Shown: piece by piece, positions 50,575 through 58,537 of the stretch
Numbering within the stretch: position 1 is the stretch's first letter
Layout of the letters: the number at the start of each line of letters is the position of its first letter
IMG/VR virus record: IMGVR_UViG_3300008261_003175
Length of the DNA: 64,000 bases
Strand: one strand, 5' to 3'
Origin: a virus
Notes under the pieces: generated by a model
What the model saw: only the letters and a program-made list of their open reading frames with translations
What the model was told of the DNA's origin: nothing
Databases searched by the model: none
Position numbers and translations under genes: made by a program

Positions 50575-52197
50575 ATGTCAACACAGAATTTATCAGGAAA
50601 AGAATTAAAAGAAAAGTTGCTAACTGGAATCCAGAAGTTGAACCAATCGGTTTCTTCTACGCTTGGACCAGGAGGTCGTACAGTTCTAATCAAAGAACAA
50701 ACAGGTGAAGTTAAAGTTACAAAGGACGGTGTTTCCGTTGCTAAAGCGTTCCACAAGTTGGAAGACGAAGTAGAAGATTTGGGGGCACAGCTTGTAAAGC
50801 AAGTAAGTATCAAATCCGCAAACGAAGCGGGAGACGGTACGACCACTTCTACTATCTTAGCGACCAAAATGGTCGAAGAGGGTTTGACTCTTATTCACCA
50901 AGGAGTTAACGCAGTGTCTGTTAAAAAGCAGATCGATGCAGCAGTAGAAAAAGCAGTAAAGAAAATAAAAGATATGGCAATTGATGTCTCTACAGAAGAG
51001 CAAATCAAACAAGTTGCTACAATCTCAGGTAATAACGATACTGAAATTGGAGAACTTATCGCTACAGCAATCGAAAAGGTTGGCCGCGAAGGAGTTGTTA
51101 CTATCGAAGAATCAAAAACTGGAGAAACTCAATTGGAAGTTGTAGAAGGTATGCAGTTTGACAGAGGTTACAAATCTCCATACTTCACTACCAACAACAC
51201 AACCATGCAAGCAGTATTGGAAGATCCTTTCATTTTCTTGTATGATGGTAGAATCTCTACAGCTCAAGAGTTGTTGCAAGTGTTAACCAAAGCAAACTCA
51301 GAAAACAAACCAGTACTTATCGTTGCTGAAGACATCGGTGATGAAGCCTTAGCAACTTTGATTGTAAACAAGATGAGAGGCATTGTTCAAGTCTGCGCTG
51401 TTAAAGCACCGGATTTTGGAGAGAGAAAAACTCTTATCATGGAAGATATTGCTATCCTTACTGGTGGACAAGTACTTTCAAAAGACAAAGGACACAAGCT
51501 TGACAAGATCGCACCAAATCAACTTGGCGAGTTCTTGGGAAGAGCTAGAATGGTTACAGTTAGCAAAGATCAAACCACCATCATCGATGGCAAAGGAGAC
51601 GAAATTTCTATTACTAATCGTTCTAACGAAATCAAAGAACAGATCGAAAAAGCAACCTCTTTCTACGAGAGAGAAAAGTTACAAGAAAGACTTGGTAAGT
51701 TGATCGGTGGAGTTGCTATCATCTCTGTAGGCGGAGATTCTGATATCGAAATCAAAGAGAAAAAAGATCGTGTTGAAGATGCACTTTTTGCAACTAAAGC
51801 AGCTCTTTCCGATGGCATCGTACCTGGCGGTGGAATTGTACTCTACGATGTGCTTGATTGCTCTGAAGACAACAACGACAAAGGATTGCAGATCGTTAGT
51901 ATGGCATGCGCAGCTCCTTTCATCAAGATTCTTGAGAATGCAGGAAACGATAAGTGGTACGCAGTTGCTCACGAGATTCACACTTCTAAATTGAAGAACG
52001 CTACCTATGATGCTAAGAACGGCAAAGTTGTTGACGCATTCGAAGCCGGTATCATTGATCCAGCTAAGGTTGTTATCACGGCTCTTAAAAATGCAGCTTC
52101 TGTTGCAGGAACTATCCTAACCACAGAATCGGTTGTGTTTGAGAAAGCTGACAAGAAAGCTGACGATGGAGGAATGAATCCAATGATGGGTATGTAA
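50575..52197 (+). CDS. groL: chaperonin GroEL
   Basis: TLGPGG, TKDGVSVA, AGDGTTT, EGMQFDRGYKSPYF, KAPDFGERK, IIDPAKV. Confidence 0.97.
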   Translation: MSTQNLSGKELKEKLLTGIQKLNQSVSSTLGPGGRTVLIKEQTGEVKVTKDGVSVAKAFHKLEDEVEDLGAQLVKQVSIKSANEAGDGTTTSTILATKMVEEGLTLIHQGVNAVSVKKQIDAAVEKAVKKIKDMAIDVSTEEQIKQVATISGNNDTEIGELIATAIEKVGREGVVTIEESKTGETQLEVVEGMQFDRGYKSPYFTTNNTTMQAVLEDPFIFLYDGRISTAQELLQVLTKANSENKPVLIVAEDIGDEALATLIVNKMRGIVQVCAVKAPDFGERKTLIMEDIAILTGGQVLSKDKGHKLDKIAPNQLGEFLGRARMVTVSKDQTTIIDGKGDEISITNRSNEIKEQIEKATSFYEREKLQERLGKLIGGVAIISVGGDSDIEIKEKKDRVEDALFATKAALSDGIVPGGGIVLYDVLDCSEDNNDKGLQIVSMACAAPFIKILENAGNDKWYAVAHEIHTSKLKNATYDAKNGKVVDAFEAGIIDPAKVVITALKNAASVAGTILTTESVVFEKADKKADDGGMNPMMGM

Positions 52198-52216
52198 AAT
52201 AAATCAGTTACAAATT

Positions 52217-52242
52217 AAAGAGCGCTTTCGGGCGCTTTTTTT
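52217..52242 (+). terminator. intrinsic terminator
   Basis: AAAGAGCGCT-TTCG-GGCGCTTTTT plus T-run. Confidence 0.85.
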
Positions 52243-52309
52243 ATGCTCTTAAAAGATATATTTCCCCAAAAGGAAACTATTTATTATTATTACATATAAA
52301 CTAAAAGTT

Positions 52310-53260
52310 ATGGCAAAATACGCAATGGTTAGCATCATGGGAAACGTAGGCACCACCCTTAATTCACAAGGAGGTTCGTATGGTTTAATTGCTACTCGAA
52401 TGGTTCGAGACTATTTCCCACAAGATCAAATAGACGTGAATCCAAAACCCAATACTTGGAAGGACTACGATGCTCTCTTCGTTTGTGAAGGAGTAAATTT
52501 CATGGAAGGCTCATTCAATGTTCCCGGTGGACCTCAACCCGAGCACTACGAAAAGATGCAAGCAATTGCAGATTACAAAGGCATCGTAAAGTTCATCAAC
52601 AAAGAGTTCGACTTCGAAGGCTTCAACAAGAGAATCAAGATTGAGAATGCTGAATTTCCTGTTGGAAACTTGGTGAATCTATTCATGGACTACGGAAAGC
52701 AGACAAGAAAAGCTGTTATATCCGATTCTCATGGTCTTAGCGTTTGGAAACCCAAGTACACGCTTGATTTCACTCCTGGTAGAACGCTACACGGCTTCAT
52801 GAACAGAGTAACTCCTAAAGAGATAAACGAAAAGTACGATGAAGTAACGCTCTACTTTGGCAACATAGATCTTCGTTTCCATCTGATGAGACAAGTAGAT
52901 CCAATTTCTGCAACCATAAATCTATTTACGAAATACGTAAACCTCGCAAAAGAGTTAAAAAACTGCACGCTAGTAGAACTACTACCAGTTGAACACGAAA
53001 GCAGAAAGATTCCTGGCACAGGTCTCTACAAAAAGCAACCGTTCTTTGGCACAAGAGAAGAGAGAATGAGATTGAGAAAAGTCGCTAACAAAATTATGAA
53101 CGAATCTGGACTCAAAGTTATTCAGTGGCCAGAAGAGTGGATCGATACAGACGGTATGAAAATGCTAGATATTCTAGAGCAAAAAAGTTCTGTCCACTTG
53201 CGCCCGAAAAACTATCCATACTTAAACGAATTATTACATGTTCCTCAACAAAGCAACTGA
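52310..53260 (+). CDS. SGNH/GDSL-like fold protein, putative DNA-modification accessory enzyme
   Basis: ISDSH (block I-like), FGNIDLR (block III-like), SVHL (block V-like); overlaps the PLP-enzyme gene. Confidence 0.45.
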   Translation: MAKYAMVSIMGNVGTTLNSQGGSYGLIATRMVRDYFPQDQIDVNPKPNTWKDYDALFVCEGVNFMEGSFNVPGGPQPEHYEKMQAIADYKGIVKFINKEFDFEGFNKRIKIENAEFPVGNLVNLFMDYGKQTRKAVISDSHGLSVWKPKYTLDFTPGRTLHGFMNRVTPKEINEKYDEVTLYFGNIDLRFHLMRQVDPISATINLFTKYVNLAKELKNCTLVELLPVEHESRKIPGTGLYKKQPFFGTREERMRLRKVANKIMNESGLKVIQWPEEWIDTDGMKMLDILEQKSSVHLRPKNYPYLNELLHVPQQSN

Positions 53261-54122
53261 TCAATCGAACCTTGATCTAGCAAACGGTAAAGATCTACAA
53301 TACTATTTGAATCTTACTGCAGACTACAAACATGATTTCACTTTCACTATCAAAGATATTGATGGATTCAAAGTGATTGATGATGGAGAATACGAAGCTG
53401 GGACAAAAGCCAAGTTTGCTGACTTTATGATTTCCCAAGTGAAAGAAGATGCTTTGGTTTATGTTGCTCCACGTGTGGGTATGGCGCCTTTGTCTCTCTG
53501 TTATTTGGCAAAGAAATACAATAAGAAATTATATCTATTTATGCCATCTTCAAAAGAAGCGAGTCAGCACCAATTGCTCGCTATAGAAAGAGGAGCTATT
53601 CCGATATTCGTAAGAATCGCAGCGATGCCAACAGCAAATATATATGCTAAACGTTTTGCAGATACTATAGGAGCAAAATTTCTTCCATTTGGACTCAAAA
53701 CGGAAATGGTAGTAGCAGGTGGCGTGAGAGTTATACATGATTGCTTAGCAGATAAAAATATAGATACTTTGTGGTCAGTGTTTTCAACAGGAGTGCTGTC
53801 CAGAACGCTGCAGATTGCACTTCCTAATACGAACTTTAATGCTGTAGCAGTTGCAAGAAATATTCAGCCTGGTGAGCTCGGAACAGCTCAGTTTTACACA
53901 TATGATAAACCATTCTTAAAACCAGCAAGAACAATTCCTCCATTCGACTGCATAAGCACATATGATGCAAAAGGTTGGGAAATAATGAAGCAACAAGGAA
54001 AGCCTGGAGATTGGTTTTGGAATGTAGCAAAAAGTACGCCGAAACCGACAATAAACCCAAAAGATATAGATTCTCAAAGAGAGTGGAATGACATGAAAGA
54101 TGTGCTTCGTTATTCGAAATAA
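53238..54122 (+). CDS. PLP-dependent enzyme (fold type II, cysteine-synthase-like)
   Basis: GTKAKF (putative Schiff-base Lys), LVYVAPRVGMAP, SVFSTGVLSR phosphate loop, YDAKGW. Confidence 0.65.
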   Translation: MFLNKATDQSNLDLANGKDLQYYLNLTADYKHDFTFTIKDIDGFKVIDDGEYEAGTKAKFADFMISQVKEDALVYVAPRVGMAPLSLCYLAKKYNKKLYLFMPSSKEASQHQLLAIERGAIPIFVRIAAMPTANIYAKRFADTIGAKFLPFGLKTEMVVAGGVRVIHDCLADKNIDTLWSVFSTGVLSRTLQIALPNTNFNAVAVARNIQPGELGTAQFYTYDKPFLKPARTIPPFDCISTYDAKGWEIMKQQGKPGDWFWNVAKSTPKPTINPKDIDSQREWNDMKDVLRYSK

Positions 54123-54140
54123 ATCAATTAAATTATAGTT

Positions 54141-54296
54141 ATGAATATAGACAAAGACGCGCTTTACGAACTCTACATGAAGAAGGTGAATCAGATCGCA
54201 GAAGACTGCGATTGGGTAACTAGTTTCGGTCCAGAAGAGATAGTGTACATGATAGCAAACATTATAGAAAACAATCCGCACCTAATAAGTGAATAA
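54141..54296 (+). CDS. hypothetical protein (51 aa)
   Basis: Not in the ORF track: MNIDKDALYELYMKKVNQIAEDCDWVTSFGPEEIVYMIANIIENNPHLISE. Confidence 0.6.
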   Translation: MNIDKDALYELYMKKVNQIAEDCDWVTSFGPEEIVYMIANIIENNPHLISE

Positions 54297-54693
54297 GAAA
54301 AGAAAGAAGCCCGATCTAGTAGTGTGGAGCGAAGAGCGAGGTTACTATCCTAGAGACCTAACTTACGGTAGTAATCTCAGTGCTCCTGTTATAAAGGTAG
54401 ACGACGTGATAGGGTGGAGACAATCCAAAGTTCAAGAAGTAAACGATCAGCTTAAAAGTCGATACGAAGAGCTGATGGCAGAAGCAAACAAACTAATGGA
54501 AGAGTACAATTGGAACGATATGATGTATACCAAAGTTGAATATTCGTTTCAACCCATTGTCGGTCACGTATATCATTTGTACATGAGAGAAGACGAAAGT
54601 CTTTTTTTATCGATAATTAGTCCACAAGAATGGAAAATTAAACATATTGGAAGTTTTAGATTAGATTCAACTAATAAATGGATAAAAATATAA
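54289..54693 (+). CDS. DUF2452-like protein
   Basis: YSFQPIVGHVYHLY...FLSIISPQEW...GSFRLDS. Confidence 0.6.
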   Translation: MNKKRKKPDLVVWSEERGYYPRDLTYGSNLSAPVIKVDDVIGWRQSKVQEVNDQLKSRYEELMAEANKLMEEYNWNDMMYTKVEYSFQPIVGHVYHLYMREDESLFLSIISPQEWKIKHIGSFRLDSTNKWIKI

Positions 54694-55004
54694 AAGTTAT
54701 GAGTATATTACAACAAGCACACAAAATAGTATTCGAAAGAAACGAAGAGAAAGAACGCATGTACGGTCCTTTCGAAGAAGGCATGGAGCAAGCTGCAAAA
54801 ATAGCTTCTTTGCTTTCAAGAAAAGACATCACTGCTTTCGATATGTATAACTGCATGCTCGCTCTAAAGTTATCTAGAGCTTCGTACAACTACAAAGAGG
54901 ACAACTATCTCGATGCAGTTGCTTACATGGCATCGTTAAACGAATACCTAAAACCAAAACAAGATGAAAGTAAAATTAGTAAAAAAAGTAAAAGCTCCAA
55001 GTAG
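54678..55004 (+). CDS. DUF6378-like all-alpha protein, possible nucleotide pyrophosphohydrolase
   Basis: IL..A..IV..R...YG, LKLSR...EDNYLDAVAY. Confidence 0.55.
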   Translation: MDKNIKVMSILQQAHKIVFERNEEKERMYGPFEEGMEQAAKIASLLSRKDITAFDMYNCMLALKLSRASYNYKEDNYLDAVAYMASLNEYLKPKQDESKISKKSKSSK

Positions 55005-55395
55005 AGGCACGTCTGTAAGCGCAGGGTTAGATTTTTTTGTACCTGACGATTTTAAAGCGACAAAAGTTTGGCCTGGAAAAGCGGTTTTGATTCCATCAGG
55101 CGTTAAAGCACAAGTTCCAGAAGGTTATGCGTTAGTCGCATTCAATAAATCAGGTATAGCTACAAAAGAAGGTTTAGTAGTCGGCGCTTGCGTAGTAGAC
55201 GAAGATTACGAAGGAGAGATTCACATTCACATGATTAATGTTGGCGACAAAGTAGTCGACATTATTCCAGGACAGAAACTAGTACAATTTGTATTATTAC
55301 CAGTAAATTATCAAAACGTAGAAATAGTAAATGAGTTACCTAAAAGACAATCAGAAAGAGGAGAAGGTGGATTTGGAAGTACGGGACTCACATAA
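54964..55395 (+). CDS. dut: trimeric dUTPase-family protein
   Basis: SAGLD, NKSG, VVDEDYEGEI, LVQ, RGEGGFGSTG. Confidence 0.9.
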   Translation: MKVKLVKKVKAPSRGTSVSAGLDFFVPDDFKATKVWPGKAVLIPSGVKAQVPEGYALVAFNKSGIATKEGLVVGACVVDEDYEGEIHIHMINVGDKVVDIIPGQKLVQFVLLPVNYQNVEIVNELPKRQSERGEGGFGSTGLT

Positions 55396-55810
55396 ACAGA
55401 TCAAACTCGATAGAGTTTTCATGAACATAGCAAAAGAGGTGGCCACTCTGTCTCACTGCAACAGATCCAAAGTCGGAGCTGTTATAGAGTTGGACGGAAA
55501 CGTTGTCTCTTTTGGTTTCAATGGCACTCCAAAAGGCATGCCGAATTGTTGCGAAGACGAAAACAACACCACTTTGCCATATGTAATACACGGAGAATCA
55601 AATGCCATTCTCAAAGCTGCAAAAACGGGACACTCGACAAAAGGCGGCACACTCTATTTGACTCTTAGCCCTTGTTTGGACTGCGCGAAACTTATTCTGC
55701 AATCGGAAATAAAAAGAGTTGTATATTTGGAAGAATACAGAGACCCAACAGCAATACAATTTTTAAGTCAATTTATAAACATAGAGAAGTATGAACAAAG
55801 CAATATATAA
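55331..55810 (+). CDS. dCMP deaminase
   Basis: VGAVI, GFNGTP.G, HGESNAI, TLSPCLDCAK; true start probably slightly downstream. Confidence 0.92.
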   Translation: MSYLKDNQKEEKVDLEVRDSHKQIKLDRVFMNIAKEVATLSHCNRSKVGAVIELDGNVVSFGFNGTPKGMPNCCEDENNTTLPYVIHGESNAILKAAKTGHSTKGGTLYLTLSPCLDCAKLILQSEIKRVVYLEEYRDPTAIQFLSQFINIEKYEQSNI

Positions 55811-56450
55811 TCAAGAGTTTAGAAATGCAACTCATGCATTCGAATCCTTGTTCACTCATGTAAATGTATTAGGAGAAGACTTCGCAAACACTCGAGCAAG
55901 ATTCAATATAAGCTTTAGTTTGCTTGACCCAAGCGACAAAGTCGTTACGACTCCTCAAAGAAAGTTTAATGTCGATTACGCAGAATACGAGTGGTTATGG
56001 TATAAATCTGGCAACAGAGATGCAACTGAAATATCAGAAAGAGCAAAAATCTGGAAACAAATGATGGTTCCCGATACCGCAGAAGTAAATTCTAATTACG
56101 GATATTTCTGGAATAAAAACAATCAGTTAGACAGAGTAATCGAAGATCTTAAAACCAACAAACAAACTCGTAGAGCAATTGTTGTTCACTATGACATAAA
56201 CGAATTAGACAGATACAAATATGATACTCCTTGCAACGACGTACTAAACTTCTACGTTAAAGACGACAAATTAGAATTAACAGTATTTGCAAGAAGTATA
56301 GATCTGGTTTTTGGTTTCTGTAACGATCAGTATACTTTTGCCAAACTTATGGAGTATGTATCAGAACAAACAGGTTATCCAGTAGGCGCAATGCACTGGT
56401 TTATCACTAATCTCCACATTTATCCAAGACACTACAATCTATTATCATGA
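55791..56450 (+). CDS. thymidylate-synthase-family enzyme of dCMP hydroxymethylase (T4 gp42) type
   Basis: VNSNYG, TRRA, DTPC, RSIDLVFGFCND (Asp at the base-specificity position), LHIYPRH. Confidence 0.75.
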   Translation: MNKAIYNQEFRNATHAFESLFTHVNVLGEDFANTRARFNISFSLLDPSDKVVTTPQRKFNVDYAEYEWLWYKSGNRDATEISERAKIWKQMMVPDTAEVNSNYGYFWNKNNQLDRVIEDLKTNKQTRRAIVVHYDINELDRYKYDTPCNDVLNFYVKDDKLELTVFARSIDLVFGFCNDQYTFAKLMEYVSEQTGYPVGAMHWFITNLHIYPRHYNLLS

Positions 56451-56908
56451 TTTTAAATAGACAGTTTTTAGAGTCTCAATTGGCCAAAGAATGGCCCAAT
56501 AAATACAATTGTTACCAGTGGTGGAGAAGGTATGTATCAAGAAATACTTTACCAAAGAAAACACCTTTGTACGAAAAGATAATTCACGGAGATTATGATT
56601 CGTCAACTTATTTGTATCAAGCTGATCACGAAATACATTTGTTATCTGATAAGCTGCAGAACGTAAAGCATCCAGATGAAGCCCATGACATCACCAGTTT
56701 GTTTATGGAAAGGAGACGAAGGCTATTAATAGATTACGAAAAAGAAGAGTCCAACTTAATGAGGGAGCTCAAGAGCGACTTCGTAAAGACATTTAAAATA
56801 GATAAAAAGCTACTAGAAAGTATTATGGAAACATTCGATGGTACGCTAGTAGAATTGTATAACCACATAAAAAATAAAGATTATGATTCAAGTAGGCTCA
56901 GTAATTAG
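56447..56908 (+). CDS. hypothetical protein
   Basis: 153-aa ORF, ATGA-coupled. Confidence 0.7.
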   Translation: MILNRQFLESQLAKEWPNKYNCYQWWRRYVSRNTLPKKTPLYEKIIHGDYDSSTYLYQADHEIHLLSDKLQNVKHPDEAHDITSLFMERRRRLLIDYEKEESNLMRELKSDFVKTFKIDKKLLESIMETFDGTLVELYNHIKNKDYDSSRLSN

Positions 56909-57125
56909 GTGCATTAGAGGTGCAGAAGGCGTTTTAAACGAGGGACAAGAATACACAGTATTGCAAATCACTCGAAAAGGAAATTTTATAATCGAAGAAG
57001 TCAATTCCCCATTTGGATACGATTGTTTCGATAAGACTCGATTCGAAGACACGGGCACAACAGTAGATACTGAAATGCGAGAGTATTTTTCCGAGTACGA
57101 ATTAGAAGAAATCTTCGGTGAATAA
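56883..57125 (+). CDS. hypothetical protein
   Basis: 80-aa ORF with an SH3-like beta pattern. Confidence 0.6.
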   Translation: MIQVGSVIRCIRGAEGVLNEGQEYTVLQITRKGNFIIEEVNSPFGYDCFDKTRFEDTGTTVDTEMREYFSEYELEEIFGE

Positions 57126-57220
57126 ATTTTTACGAACCCAAAAAATAAATGCAACGAATATGAAATATTGTTGTATATTTATTATATCATTAACAATTTA
57201 ACTAAACAAAAACAAAACAA

Positions 57221-57391
57221 ATGAAAAAGTTTTTAGCAATCGTTGCGGTATCTGCATTATTAATCTCTTGCGGTGGCGCTTCAACCACAGAAACAACAAC
57301 AACAACTACAGATTCTACAGTAGTAAATGCTGACTCAACAACAGTATGCGCAGATTCAACAAAATGCGATACTACTAAAGCAGCTAAGTAA
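57221..57391 (+). CDS. small Thr-rich lipoprotein (56 aa)
   Basis: Not in the ORF track: MKKFLAIVAVSALLISC|GGASTTETTTTTTDSTVVNADSTTVCADSTKCDTTKAAK; signal peptide II with lipobox. Confidence 0.8.
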   Translation: MKKFLAIVAVSALLISCGGASTTETTTTTTDSTVVNADSTTVCADSTKCDTTKAAK

Positions 57392-57399
57392 TTTAGCAT

Positions 57400-57522
57400 A
57401 TCGGAGTGGCGGAATTGACAAATACCGGAAATTAGTCAAGCGTTAGACGTATAGCAGATTTCGTGCTGCTAGGGATTAGGAGTAATCCTCCCGTGGAGGT
57501 GCAAACCCTCTCTCCGATACCA
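57400..57522 (+). ncRNA. aberrant class-II tRNA-like RNA (pseudo-tRNA)
   Basis: Acceptor stem ATCGGAG/CTCCGAT + A-CCA; TGGCGGAA..TAGACG D-arm with inserted hairpin; long variable arm; T-arm GGAGG-TGCAAAC-CCTCT; no U33. Confidence 0.7.
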
Positions 57523-57525
57523 CAT

Positions 57526-57597
57526 TGCGAGATAGAGCAGTGGTAGCTCGGTTGGCTCATAACCAACAGGCCGAAGGTTCAATTCCTTCTCTCGCTA
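57526..57597 (+). tRNA. tRNA-Met(CAT), initiator-like
   Basis: Full cloverleaf; GTTGG-CTCATAA-CCAAC; 1:72 mismatch and A11:U24; CCA not encoded. Confidence 0.9.
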
Positions 57598-57602
57598 CAA
57601 TT

Positions 57603-58010
57603 AAGTTGCCGTTCTTTGACATATAGGAGAAATAAAACATGGATACACAAACAGCATTTGGTTTAGGTATGCTTGTAGTAGTTGCTATCGGAATGTTGAT
57701 AGCAATTGTTATAGGTATGCTTAAGGTAAGTCATTTGGAAGCAGAGCTGGCTGATACACAAACCAGCATAACAAAATATCTCGAAAACATTGAGCGACAC
57801 TTATCGGATCTACATCGAGGATTAGATGATAGGATTAGTAAGGAAATTCAATATCTAGAAACAAACGATACAAGCAATCTGCAACACGTGCATCGAAGAA
57901 TGGATGACATTATGTCAGAGATTGACTCTCGATTCGACAAGTTCGAAAATAGAATTACAAAGAAACAAATTTTAAAAGACTAAAATAAAATAGTCGAAGA
58001 ACGGTAACTT
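57603..58010 (+). repeat. 18-bp inverted repeat enclosing ORF 57639..57983 (long-range RNA helix, boxA-like arm)
   Basis: AAGTTGCCGTTCTTTGAC (57603..57620) pairs fully with GTCGAAGAACGGTAACTT (57993..58010); both DNA mismatches are G-U pairs. Confidence 0.85.
57639..57983 (+). CDS. membrane-anchored coiled-coil protein
   Basis: N-terminal TM helix then heptad repeats; AGGAG upstream. Confidence 0.75.
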   Translation: MDTQTAFGLGMLVVVAIGMLIAIVIGMLKVSHLEAELADTQTSITKYLENIERHLSDLHRGLDDRISKEIQYLETNDTSNLQHVHRRMDDIMSEIDSRFDKFENRITKKQILKD

Positions 58011-58030
58011 TAAAAGATCTTTTACATTAT

Positions 58031-58443
58031 GGGCCTGTTTTTGGCATTTGATCCGGATGCAAATGGTAATATCACACGCAGAGGCATGGTTCTAATCCTC
58101 TTTAATACTTGAACAAAACTATAAACGACAACAAAAAATCTCGTCAAGAAATCGGTGCATCTATTATCAACATGGCTTTTGCTAATGTAGCTGTAGCTGC
58201 ATAAGATCTAAGGATCTTTTCTTTCCCTGACAACTTGGGTGAAACAGTAAGTTGTAATCAGGTTTTCTTAGTTGGACCAGTTAATCAACTGAGTGGTGGA
58301 GCGTTCTAACTTTGGTTAGTTCCCTAACTACGGTGCAAATAACGACGGGGGTTCTCCCTCTTGATCGTCATTAGTACTAAGCGTGTGAGACGTTGATATT
58401 ATTGTTTCTTTCGGAGACACGAGTTCGACTCTCGTCAGGTCCA
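58031..58443 (+). ncRNA. ssrA: tmRNA
   Basis: GGGCCTG/CAGGTCC-A acceptor with G3-U70; T-arm ACGAG-TTCGACT-CTCGT; tag frame 58127..58204 ending AVAA-stop. Confidence 0.9.
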
Positions 58444-58537
58444 CAGAAAAATTAAAAAAGGTGATCTTATACCAAAGGACTGGGTAAAAGGTCGAAACAT
58501 GAAATAAGTCCATATTTTTTAACAAACACAAACAATT

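Noticed and set aside
55791-56450. Ordinary thymidylate synthase (thyA)
   Set aside because: It has Asp rather than Asn at the specificity position and gp42-like NSNYG and FGF-x-ND motifs, so the thyA symbol was not assigned.
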